The notes beneath the pieces are model-generated. The model saw only the letters and a list, made by a program, of their open reading frames with translations. It was not told where the DNA came from and ran no database searches. A DNA stretch of 64,000 nucleotides from an uncultured Pirellulales bacterium (lineage in GTDB: Bacteria > Planctomycetota > Phycisphaerae > Sedimentisphaerales > Anaerobacaceae). Position numbers and translations under genes: made by a program. The stretch spans positions 1,877-65,876 of the forward strand of contig CAYSKI010000020.1 of assembly GCA_964431695.1 (NCBI GenBank), in the 5' to 3' direction. Below, one piece after another: positions 25,047-33,926 of the stretch; position 1 is the stretch's first letter, and each line of letters begins with the position of its first letter.

Positions 25047-25943
25047 CTATGGCCCTACGACCCCCGGCCTTTGGACCTTCTCGTAGTCCGGCGGGATATT
25101 CAGCTCCAAGATGCTCGAATCCAGCTCCACGTCCCACTGGAACTGATCTATTACGCACCCTGATTCGTCCCACTGTCCTTCATACTCGCCACTCATTTTA
25201 CTCTCGAACAGAACGGGGTACCCTGTTTCAACGCTGACCCACAATCGGAATTCCACTTGAAGATTATTGACCGGTCCCGGTAAGGAGCCAAAGCAAGCCG
25301 GGTCGGTAGTTTCGATACCTTCGCACAATACGCCCTCGATGGTTTTCCGCCCGAGTTTACTATGCTCACCGGACAGGATCGTCTGAACTAAGAAACTGGG
25401 ATTCGTCCAGTCATTGCGCCACTCCAGGAAAAGTCCATTCTCGCTTTTCTTAAATGTGGTAGTCATGCATAACTTGTGTATGTGAAAGACGTCTATGAGA
25501 GTATTTGTGTCGGAGCCTGTGAAGTCAACGTAGGCGGTACGGATAATCTGCCCATCTTTGTAGAAGTCCTTTCGGCAGTATCTCGGTGAGGTGTATGCGA
25601 TTGAATAGTCATATTCATCGGACGCAGTGGAGTCCGTACATCGGAAGATCAACCCCCGGCTGGCCTCCACTTTTCTGGCGACCTCGGCCCAGACGACACT
25701 TGTGCCAGATCCGCCGAACTGGTTTATGCCTAAGAGCACAGCAACAATTATTACCGCCGCAACGGCTAATTTTACAATTGGACTTTTCATGGTAATTCTC
25801 CAAATCCCCGGTATAGCCGGAGTTTTTGTTGTTATTTTTTGCCGAGCCTGGAATACATCCTGGAATACCTTTTCGTCAGCATTGGGATTGATGCCCAGCT
25901 CTGCTTTTTCGAACAATCTTTTTATCTTATCTGCGGAGTTCAT
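25047..25943 (-). CDS. putative anti-sigma factor / single-pass membrane protein
   Basis: Its start overlaps the stop of the ECF sigma gene by 4 nt (ATGA). One TM (IVKLAVAAVIIVAVLLGI), then a ~220-aa extracytoplasmic domain. Confidence 0.6.
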   Translation of the reverse strand: MNSADKIKRLFEKAELGINPNADEKVFQDVFQARQKITTKTPAIPGIWRITMKSPIVKLAVAAVIIVAVLLGINQFGGSGTSVVWAEVARKVEASRGLIFRCTDSTASDEYDYSIAYTSPRYCRKDFYKDGQIIRTAYVDFTGSDTNTLIDVFHIHKLCMTTTFKKSENGLFLEWRNDWTNPSFLVQTILSGEHSKLGRKTIEGVLCEGIETTDPACFGSLPGPVNNLQVEFRLWVSVETGYPVLFESKMSGEYEGQWDESGCVIDQFQWDVELDSSILELNIPPDYEKVQRPGVVGP

Positions 25944-26539
25944 TTATCCACCTCGCTATTCAGTAATGAACGCAGTCTGTTTATGCCGTACCGGTATCGG
26001 CCTTTTACTGTATTAACGGATGTTCTCTGTAACCTCGCAATCCGGCGAAACGGTAAATCCGTTTCCATGCGAAGGCTGATTACTTCCCTTTGCTCGTACG
26101 GCAATTCCTGCATGGCACGGCTCAGAAGCTCAAGCCGTTCGCTAAGAACGGCCCACTGCAAAGGGCCTCGCTCGGCCGATGTAACTAAATCCACCTTGTC
26201 AAGTCCGATTTCAGAACGCCGACGATTGTCACGCCGATAGTTTCGAGTCCGGTTAATCACACTCGTAATCAAATAGTTCTTAAGACTGCCGGTCAGCCTG
26301 ATACGATCGGCCGATTGAGCGAACTTGACAAACACATCGTGAACCATATCCTCGGCGGCATTCACATCGCCGGTTAGCACAATAGAGAGCTTCAGCAATT
26401 CGACTTTATACTTGTCATAGATCTGCCGTAAGGCTCCGTTACGGCCTTGTTTAAATCTTAAAATAAGCAGCTTATCTTCTATCATCGTGCACAATTCTTT
26501 GGGCGGATTCCCGAAAAGCGGGATCCCAAAAATGATCAT
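25940..26539 (-). CDS. RNA polymerase ECF-type sigma-70 factor
   Basis: Region 2 (ALRQIYDKYKVELLKLSIVLTGDVNAAEDMVHDVFVKF) and region 4 (LPYEQREVISLRMETDLPFRRIARLQRTSVNTVKGRYRYGINRLR). The start may instead be the ATG at 26485. Confidence 0.9.
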   Translation of the reverse strand: MIIFGIPLFGNPPKELCTMIEDKLLILRFKQGRNGALRQIYDKYKVELLKLSIVLTGDVNAAEDMVHDVFVKFAQSADRIRLTGSLKNYLITSVINRTRNYRRDNRRRSEIGLDKVDLVTSAERGPLQWAVLSERLELLSRAMQELPYEQREVISLRMETDLPFRRIARLQRTSVNTVKGRYRYGINRLRSLLNSEVDK

Positions 26540-26763
26540 TCTTCAACCTATTACACACCGAAGATGTATGTTTGGGTATAAAAAATTGATCCGGCCGACC
26601 TTCGGGATCGCTTATAATTAGTACCCTCGGTTTTCATGACCAATCTATGATTAAATCCTGAGACGACAAAAAGCTGTCTGTTTAACGATTGCATTCCTGT
26701 TATTTCTGTATTATCTTGATTTCCTTAAAGTTAATATATGCATAAACAAAAGGAGTCTTTACT

Positions 26764-28761
26764 ATGAAAGCCACAGTGTCACTTATCTGTTTGATTTCCA
26801 TCTTTTTGTCTCTGGTTGGTTGTCTGGAAGAAAAGACACCAAATGATATCACTCCGTCGGTATCTGATTTGAAACTGCCCGCTCTGTTTTCGGATCACAT
26901 GGTCTTACAGCAAAAAATATCATGCCCTCTCTGGGGCTGGGCCAAGGACGGCACTCCGGTTACGGTTGAAATCAACGGTAAAAAGGTTAAGGCCACGGCC
27001 CGAAACGGACGCTGGCAGGTCAAACTGCCGGTTATGAAGGCCGGTGGTCCATATACACTCACCGTGCGTACGCCTGAGCACACGATCGAACTGAAGGATG
27101 TCTTAGTGGGTGAGGTCTGGGTGTGCAGCGGTCAATCCAATATGGAGTGGCCGATCGAATCCTCCAACAACGCCCGGGCCGAGATCACCGCAGCACAATA
27201 CCCTAACCTGCGTCTGTTCACGGTGGAGAAGGCCACGTCCAGCGAACCATTGCAGGATGTCACGGGACAGTGGGTGGTTTGTACGCCTGAGACCGTGGCC
27301 GATTTCTCCGCGGTGGGTTATTTCTTCGGACGTGACCTGCTCAAGAGCGGTGTAAAGCCCATCGGGCTGATCGATACCACCTGGGGCGGGACACCGGCCG
27401 AGGCCTGGACCAATATCGAGGCCTTAAAGAGCGATCCCGACTTCGCCCCTATTCTGACCCGCGAAGAGGATTCAAAGCGAGTCCAGACCGAGCTAAAGGA
27501 AAAATTCGGGACAAAACTGATTACAGACGAACGCAATTCCGACGTTATCATGGCCGATGCCACAGCCCTGGATAAGGGCTGGGCCAAGGTGGATGCCGAT
27601 CTGAGTGAGTGGGAGACCATGGAGTTGCCGACCCTCTGGGAAAACACCGGACTGAGTATCGATGGGGTTGTCTGGTTCCGCCGGGAAGTCACTATCCCGC
27701 AGGCATGGGCCGGCCGTGACCTTACCCTAAAACTGTCCACTATTGACGATATTGACCTGACCTATTTCAACGGCACCCAGGTCGGCCGGACCCTTTATGA
27801 TACCCCCGGCCCGTGGATGGCACCGCGAATCTATACCGTGCCCGGCGACCTGGTGCGGGCGGGTAAAAACGTTATTGCCGTGCGCGTGTTGGATAGCCAG
27901 GGCGGCGGCGGCATTTATCCCAGCAACACGCCCATGCAAATCGGCCCGGGCGACGATGCAAGCCCTATTGATCTGAGCGGCCCCTGGAACTATCGCATCG
28001 AGCGCATCATGTCCCTGGGATCGGGCCAGCAGAATTCCCCGGCACGCTTGTACAATGCCATGCTGGCCCCGTTAGTGCCCTACGGCATAAAAGGCGCCAT
28101 CTGGTACCAGGGTGAGTCCAATGCCGATAGAGCCTACCAGTACCGCAAGCTTTTTGCGGCCATGATTCACAACTGGCGTCGGGTGTGGAACATAGGAGAT
28201 TTTCCCTTCTACTTCGTCCAATTAGCCAACTATATGCAACGCAAGGCCGAACCCGGTGACAGCGAGTGGGCCGAATTGCGCGAGGCCCAGCAGATGACAC
28301 TGTCCCTGCCCCATACAGGCATGGCCGTGATTATCGATGTGGGTGACGCTGATAACATCCACCCCCGTGACAAGCAGACTGTGGGCAAGCGCCTGGCCCT
28401 GATTGCTCAGGCCCGGGACTACGGTCAAGACGTCGAGTACTCCGGCCCGGTGTACAGCTCCATGGCCGTGGAGGGCAACCAAATCCGGCTGCACTTCGAC
28501 CATGTTGACAGCGGCCTGGTCGCCAAAGACGGCCCGCTAACAGGGTTTGCCATTGCCGGAGCAGATTGGAAATTCCATTGGGCCGAGGCCGCAATTGAGG
28601 GCAAGACCATTGTGGTCAAGAGCGACCAAGTAGCCGCTCCGGTGGCCGTGCGTTATGCCTGGGCGGACAATCCCGCCTGTAATCTATACAACGGTGCCGG
28701 TCTGCCGGCATCGCCCTTCCGCACGGATGATTGGCCCGGTATCACCATTGACAACAAGTAA
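26764..28761 (+). CDS. sialate O-acetylesterase-like carbohydrate esterase (SASA/DUF303) lipoprotein
   Basis: Lipobox LSLVG|C. GEVWVCSGQSNMEWP catalytic Ser motif. A central galactose-binding-like insert and a second half with WYQGESN. Confidence 0.85.
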   Translation: MKATVSLICLISIFLSLVGCLEEKTPNDITPSVSDLKLPALFSDHMVLQQKISCPLWGWAKDGTPVTVEINGKKVKATARNGRWQVKLPVMKAGGPYTLTVRTPEHTIELKDVLVGEVWVCSGQSNMEWPIESSNNARAEITAAQYPNLRLFTVEKATSSEPLQDVTGQWVVCTPETVADFSAVGYFFGRDLLKSGVKPIGLIDTTWGGTPAEAWTNIEALKSDPDFAPILTREEDSKRVQTELKEKFGTKLITDERNSDVIMADATALDKGWAKVDADLSEWETMELPTLWENTGLSIDGVVWFRREVTIPQAWAGRDLTLKLSTIDDIDLTYFNGTQVGRTLYDTPGPWMAPRIYTVPGDLVRAGKNVIAVRVLDSQGGGGIYPSNTPMQIGPGDDASPIDLSGPWNYRIERIMSLGSGQQNSPARLYNAMLAPLVPYGIKGAIWYQGESNADRAYQYRKLFAAMIHNWRRVWNIGDFPFYFVQLANYMQRKAEPGDSEWAELREAQQMTLSLPHTGMAVIIDVGDADNIHPRDKQTVGKRLALIAQARDYGQDVEYSGPVYSSMAVEGNQIRLHFDHVDSGLVAKDGPLTGFAIAGADWKFHWAEAAIEGKTIVVKSDQVAAPVAVRYAWADNPACNLYNGAGLPASPFRTDDWPGITIDNK

Positions 28762-28879
28762 CATGAAAAATGGGGTCAGGAGCATTTTTTAGACCCAAGT
28801 AGCGAGTCATGGACATTTTTCGGTTAGAATCGTGGATTTTAGTTGCATTAAGGCGGTTTTTGAGTAAAATAAATAAAAA

Positions 28880-28914
28880 ACAGAATACACAATACAGAAC
28901 ATAGAAGACAGAAA
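28880..28914. repeat. degenerate heptanucleotide tandem tract (5 units)
   Basis: acagaat acacaat acagaac atagaag acagaaa, in a 440-bp AT-rich convergent intergenic region. Confidence 0.6.
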
Positions 28915-29204
28915 AAGGCAAATCTTAAAAATCAGGGGGCAGAAGCATATCAAATTCAATGAAACGAAAAGTCATTTATTTAGCCGCCAGGCCTGCCTGG
29001 TGGGAAAATCCGGCTTCGTAACACGAAGTTTACCCTGAGCGGAGTCGAATGGGCCTCGGTTAAAAAAATGCAAAACAAAGCCAATGTTAAAATAGGTAAT
29101 TTAATGTAAGCTCTTTGAAATAAAAAGATTATGAGAAAAATGGCAGTTTCTGGGTATTTTACCGACGAAAAAACAAAGCCAATTTTCAGATTCGCTTAGA
29201 TTAT

Positions 29205-30869
29205 TTATCGGTAGCGATAAAGCGTGATATGCTGAATGTCGAAGCGGCCGGCTGGGATTCGCAGGTGTCTGCCCTGATGGCTCTGGTCGCCGTTCATCCA
29301 CCGCCCGGGGACCCATTTACCATCCACATATTCGCCTTCCCGGATGGCGGCTATTCCGGCAATAGGTTCACCCGGCGAGTTCGGCGTAAACGTCACGATA
29401 ATACCGGTGCCGGAGATGATATATTCATTCGGCCCGACGGAAATGATGATGCCACCTGCTTTCGGCCATGGTCCCGATTGACCCGCCCCGGCCGACCATC
29501 CCCAGGTATAATCGTGGGAGACATTCAGCATGTAGTCGCCGAGAGCCACCTGTTGTGTCCGGTTCTCTTTATCCAGCAATACGCCGGTCATCGTCCCTTT
29601 GCCCTGATTTTCCAGAATCAATGGTGACAGTTGCGAAAGCACATCATAAGCCTTCGCAAGAGGCGCATTATCAGGGTCCTCAATCGATTCGATGGAGAAG
29701 GGACAAAAACCGATGGCGTCGTGCAGTCCGAAGGCGTAAAAAGCGTTAGCGGCACTTTCAGCGCCACGACCGGCTTCCGGGATGAATAAAGGATTGCCGG
29801 ACCGATGGTATTTTACGCACCACTCGGCGAAGTTCGGGAAATAAATGTCCGGCGAAAAAAAGTCTATCAACGGCCCGCCTGCCCGCCAGATGTCCATAAT
29901 ATGAGGCAGCGGCCCGGCGCTTGGATATTGGCCCGGCTTGTAGTTCGGGCGAACCAGTGCCGCATTGATATACATCGCAAGCGGATATTCGGCTTTGCCG
30001 GCCTCTATTATACGGTTGACATAGCGGGCATAATGCCACGCCATAAAAATTTCGTCCGTCTCAGGGCCGGCGCCGAAGACTTCCTCCCATGTCCCGGAGG
30101 TTTTCAAACCGGCGGATTCCCACATCCGGCGAAATTCCGGCATTAACGAATCCTTATGAACGACAAGATAATCCATCAGTTCTTTCGGTACCTGTCCGTT
30201 GAACAACTCGGTCGCAACGGGGCTATAGTCCCTCGCTTCCGGTATCATGCCAATTTCGTTCTCAACCTGTATCATGATTACCGTATGCTTCCGGCCGTCA
30301 ATCCGACGAATATGCTTCATCAGGGCGACAAAAGCTCGGGCATCGGCGTCTCTGTTTTCATCACTAAAGGACGAGAGAATCTCCATGCCTTTTCCCTGGC
30401 TGTCCCGGGCACGTGGGAAACGCTCCTGATTTGTTTTAACCCAGACGGGAGCATAACATGACATGCTGTTCTTCCAGCTTGCGAACCACAACAGAACCAG
30501 TCGCATATTGTGCCGCCGGGCGTCTTTAACCAGACCATCCACGAGTGAAAAATCAAATGTCCCCTCCTGTGGCTCAATAAGATCCCAGTACACAGGGGCA
30601 AGGACGGTATTGAGGTTCAGCTTCTCCAACCGTGGCCAGATCGGTTCCATATATTCAAGAATGGAGGAGCTGGAGTTACCCAATTCCCCTCCCAAAATCA
30701 GGAACGGTTTGCCATCGACTATAAGCTGCGTGGCGGAGCCCTGTTTACGAAGATGGGGGAGGAAATCGTCCGATACGGTTCCACTATACGAAACGGCAAA
30801 ATCCGCCGATACAAAAATTATCATACACATTGTAGCTATGAACGACTTTATGAAGTTTCCAACTGACAT
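29205..30869 (-). CDS. GH35-like glycoside hydrolase (beta-galactosidase family; DUF5597-type C-terminus)
   Basis: DGKPFLILGGELGNSS..LNLNTVLAPVYWDLIEPQEGTFDFSLVDGLVKDARRHNMRLVLLWFASWKN, plus the QVENEIG catalytic-acid motif. ATG at 30869 preceded by AGGAGG; signal peptide present. Confidence 0.7.
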   Translation of the reverse strand: MSVGNFIKSFIATMCMIIFVSADFAVSYSGTVSDDFLPHLRKQGSATQLIVDGKPFLILGGELGNSSSSILEYMEPIWPRLEKLNLNTVLAPVYWDLIEPQEGTFDFSLVDGLVKDARRHNMRLVLLWFASWKNSMSCYAPVWVKTNQERFPRARDSQGKGMEILSSFSDENRDADARAFVALMKHIRRIDGRKHTVIMIQVENEIGMIPEARDYSPVATELFNGQVPKELMDYLVVHKDSLMPEFRRMWESAGLKTSGTWEEVFGAGPETDEIFMAWHYARYVNRIIEAGKAEYPLAMYINAALVRPNYKPGQYPSAGPLPHIMDIWRAGGPLIDFFSPDIYFPNFAEWCVKYHRSGNPLFIPEAGRGAESAANAFYAFGLHDAIGFCPFSIESIEDPDNAPLAKAYDVLSQLSPLILENQGKGTMTGVLLDKENRTQQVALGDYMLNVSHDYTWGWSAGAGQSGPWPKAGGIIISVGPNEYIISGTGIIVTFTPNSPGEPIAGIAAIREGEYVDGKWVPGRWMNGDQSHQGRHLRIPAGRFDIQHITLYRYR

Positions 30870-30976
30870 GAACTTTACCTCCTTTATTAAAAGAACTTGT
30901 TCATTCAACCGTACCGGTATTTTAATGATACAATAATAAATTGTTAATACAACATTTTATGTTTATACTTTCGGTC

Positions 30977-31912
30977 ATGCTGAAAAAGGTATTGGGTTTT
31001 TATACGAAATATTTTGCCGTCTGGGTAATTATTTTCGGTATAGTGGCATACCTCTGTCCCGGCCCATTCGTTACCTTGAAGCCTGGGATGGATTGGTTCT
31101 TTGCCCTTACAATGTTCGGCATAGGAGTTGTGCTGCAGGTCGAGGATTTCAAGCGCATCGCACAAAGGCCGGTCATCGTGCTCATCGGTTCGGTGGCACA
31201 ATTTACAATCATGCCTTTGGGAGCATTTCTGTTAGCCAGGCTTTTCCATTTGCCGCCGGAAATCGCGGTTGGTTTGATCCTGACCGGCTCGGCCCCCGGA
31301 GCAATGGCAAGCAATGTAATGAGCTATATAGCCAAAGCCGATACGGCGTATTCGGTTTCTCTGACGACGGTCTCGACGCTTTTATGTCCGATACTGACGC
31401 CGGGACTGACTTTCCTTTTGGCGCGGTCGAAACTGGAAATTCCTTTTATAAATATGATGCTCAGTGTTGTCAAAATGGTTGTCCTGCCTTTGTTCGTGGG
31501 ATTCGGAGTGCGGCATTTTCTCAAAGAAAAAGTCGAGAAGATTCTGCCGGTCTTCCCGGCCATCTCGGTGACGTTTATCATCTTTATCTGCTCCCTTGTA
31601 ATCGCTCTGAACAAGGAGAATCTCGCCGCTGTTACCGGCATAATCTTATCGGCGGCGATAATCCTGAACGTTTACGGGATGCTCGCCGGCTATGGCGTCG
31701 GTTCTGTTTTTCGGTTCAATACCCCCCGCAGACGTACCCTGGCGATTGAAATAGGGATGCAGAACGCCGGGCTCGGAACCATTCTCGCATTGAAACATTT
31801 CGGCGAGAAGGCGGCCATGCCCGCAGCGATTTTCGTATTTATCTGCATTATTACAGCCTCAGCGATGGCGGCTATATGGCAGAGAGAAAGCCAGGAACCA
31901 TCAACAAATTAA
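30977..31912 (+). CDS. bile acid:sodium symporter (BASS) family transporter
   Basis: Polytopic; LILTGSAPGAMASNVMSYIAKAD and IEIGMQNAGLG motifs. The start is ambiguous (30941 TTG, 30959 or 30977 ATG). Confidence 0.8.
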   Translation: MLKKVLGFYTKYFAVWVIIFGIVAYLCPGPFVTLKPGMDWFFALTMFGIGVVLQVEDFKRIAQRPVIVLIGSVAQFTIMPLGAFLLARLFHLPPEIAVGLILTGSAPGAMASNVMSYIAKADTAYSVSLTTVSTLLCPILTPGLTFLLARSKLEIPFINMMLSVVKMVVLPLFVGFGVRHFLKEKVEKILPVFPAISVTFIIFICSLVIALNKENLAAVTGIILSAAIILNVYGMLAGYGVGSVFRFNTPRRRTLAIEIGMQNAGLGTILALKHFGEKAAMPAAIFVFICIITASAMAAIWQRESQEPSTN

Positions 31913-32056
31913 ATAACTATTATTAGCAGGATAGCTATTGCATTTTACAGGATAAGGAGTTATAATTTGCCGATAATATTAGGGTCATAGTCGTCCGGGC
32001 AGCCTTTATGGGCTGCCCTTAAGTTTGGGTAAAATTTTATTCAGGAGATAAAAGGC

Positions 32057-33058
32057 ATGGGCTGTAACGTGGCAATAGCCGGAGTAACCGGTGCCGTAGG
32101 ACAGGAATTTTTGAAGATTCTCGAAGAGCGGGATTTCCCATTCGATTCTCTGAAAATGCTCGCCAGCAGCAGGTCGGCAGGAAAGAAAATCGAATTTAAA
32201 GGCAAAACATATATCGTCGAAGAACTAACGAAGAAAAGTTTCAGCGGGATCGATATCGCCCTGTTCAGTGCCGGAGCGTCACGAAGCAAGGAATTCGCGC
32301 CGGCCGCAGTCGAGGCCGGTGCCGTCGTCGTGGATAATTCCTCAGCATTCAGAATGGATCCGGATGTCCCGTTAGTGATTCCGGAAATCAATCCGCAGGC
32401 AATTAAACAGCATAAAGGCATCATCGCCAATCCTAACTGCTCGACTATTATCGGGATTGTGCCGGTCTGGCCGCTGCACAAGGCGAATCCCGTAAAAAGA
32501 ATGATCATTAGCACCTATCAGGCCTCCAGCGGAGCAGGACACTCGGCGATGGTCGAATTAGAAGAGCAATCACGTGAAATCTTAAACGGAAAAGAGCCGA
32601 CTTGTGAGGCGTTCCCGTACCAGATAGCTTTCAATGTCTTCAGTCATAACTCGGCGCTCGGTCCGAACGGATATAATCTGGAAGAGACAAAAATGGTCCT
32701 TGAGACCAGAAAAATCTTCGACTGCCCCGAGATTATGATTACATGCACCTGCATCCGTATCCCGGTTTTCCGGGCGCACTGCGAGAGCATCAATCTCGAG
32801 TTCACCGATGCGATGACACCCGAGCAGGTCAGAAACCTCTTGAGCACGGCTCCGGGAGTCTCTGTCCTCGACGACCGTGAGCATAACCGCTTTCCCATGC
32901 CGATCGACGCCGACGGCAAAGACGATATTTACGTCGGCAGAATCCGACAGGATGAATCTCTGCCTGAGAATCGCGGCATAAATATCTGGGTCGCCGGGGA
33001 CCAGTTGCGAAAAGGTGCGGCACTAAACGCTGTTCAAATCGCGGAGAAATTGCTTTAA
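32057..33058 (+). CDS. asd: aspartate-semialdehyde dehydrogenase
   Basis: VAIAGVTGAVGQEF, IANPNCSTI (active-site Cys), STYQASSGAG. Confidence 0.93.
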   Translation: MGCNVAIAGVTGAVGQEFLKILEERDFPFDSLKMLASSRSAGKKIEFKGKTYIVEELTKKSFSGIDIALFSAGASRSKEFAPAAVEAGAVVVDNSSAFRMDPDVPLVIPEINPQAIKQHKGIIANPNCSTIIGIVPVWPLHKANPVKRMIISTYQASSGAGHSAMVELEEQSREILNGKEPTCEAFPYQIAFNVFSHNSALGPNGYNLEETKMVLETRKIFDCPEIMITCTCIRIPVFRAHCESINLEFTDAMTPEQVRNLLSTAPGVSVLDDREHNRFPMPIDADGKDDIYVGRIRQDESLPENRGINIWVAGDQLRKGAALNAVQIAEKLL

Positions 33059-33067
33059 TAGCCACAC

Positions 33068-33904
33068 ATGGCTATTCGAAAGATAAAACTCACAGTCCAG
33101 TATGACGGCAGCAGGTACAGCGGCTGGCAAACTCAGCCGGGCAAAAGAACCATACAGGGCGAGCTGGTCGAGGCGCTATCAAATCTCGTAGGTGTCCGGG
33201 TTCCAATCCACGGTGCAAGCAGGACTGATGCCGGCGTCAGCGCGCTGGGTCAGGTCGCCCTTTTCGAGATCGATAGTCCCATCCCGACCGAGAATTTCCC
33301 GGAGGCGCTTAACGGACGACTGCCGCGTAATATCGTTGTCACCTCCGCCGAGGAAGTTCCGCCGAAATTCGATTTGTTAGGCGATGTCAAGAGCAAGCTC
33401 TATCGCTATACGATTTATACCGGCCGATACCGACCCGTCATGAAATTAAATCAATGCTGGCACCTGCACAAAAAACTCGATGTAGCTGCGATGAATTCCG
33501 CCTCACAATTATTAGTAGGGACAAAGGATTTCAAATCCTTCGCTTCCGCCGCCGACAAACGCGAAAGTTCCATCCGAACCATTTTCCGCTGTGAAGTCGT
33601 TTCGTCGTGCGTGACGCGAGATGCGTCGCGCAAAGCAAAGATAAAAACAAACAACAATGACATACACAGCACGCAATACGCAACACGCAATACACAACAC
33701 GAGAAAAGGTGGATATATATAGATGTCGAAGGGGACGGCTTTTTGTATAATATGGTCAGAAATATCGTCGGCACTTTGGCTGAGATCGGCTCAGGTAGAT
33801 GGAAACCGGAAAAAATCAATGAAATCCTCGAAGCAAAGGACCGAACCGCAGCCGGACGACTCGCACCACCGCAGGGATTGTGCCTGATGTGGATAAAATA
33901 CTAA
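33068..33904 (+). CDS. truA: tRNA pseudouridine(38-40) synthase
   Basis: YDGSRYSGWQTQ, GASRTDAGVSALGQV (catalytic Asp), FLYNMVRNIVG. It contains a ~30-aa insert (see findings). Confidence 0.92.
   Translation: MAIRKIKLTVQYDGSRYSGWQTQPGKRTIQGELVEALSNLVGVRVPIHGASRTDAGVSALGQVALFEIDSPIPTENFPEALNGRLPRNIVVTSAEEVPPKFDLLGDVKSKLYRYTIYTGRYRPVMKLNQCWHLHKKLDVAAMNSASQLLVGTKDFKSFASAADKRESSIRTIFRCEVVSSCVTRDASRKAKIKTNNNDIHSTQYATRNTQHEKRWIYIDVEGDGFLYNMVRNIVGTLAEIGSGRWKPEKINEILEAKDRTAAGRLAPPQGLCLMWIKY
33664..33705. repeat. degenerate heptanucleotide tandem tract (6 units) inside truA
   Basis: acacagc acgcaat acgcaac acgcaat acacaac acgagaa. That is 42 nt, or 14 in-frame codons (..HSTQYATRNTQHEK..). Confidence 0.65.
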
Positions 33905-33926
33905 AAACAAGAATATAGGACACGCA

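Noticed and set aside
31093-31749. 218-aa alternative-frame ORF within the BASS transporter gene.
   Set aside because: It is on the same strand but in a different frame from a clear polytopic transporter. It has Arg/Gly-rich composition and no start context.
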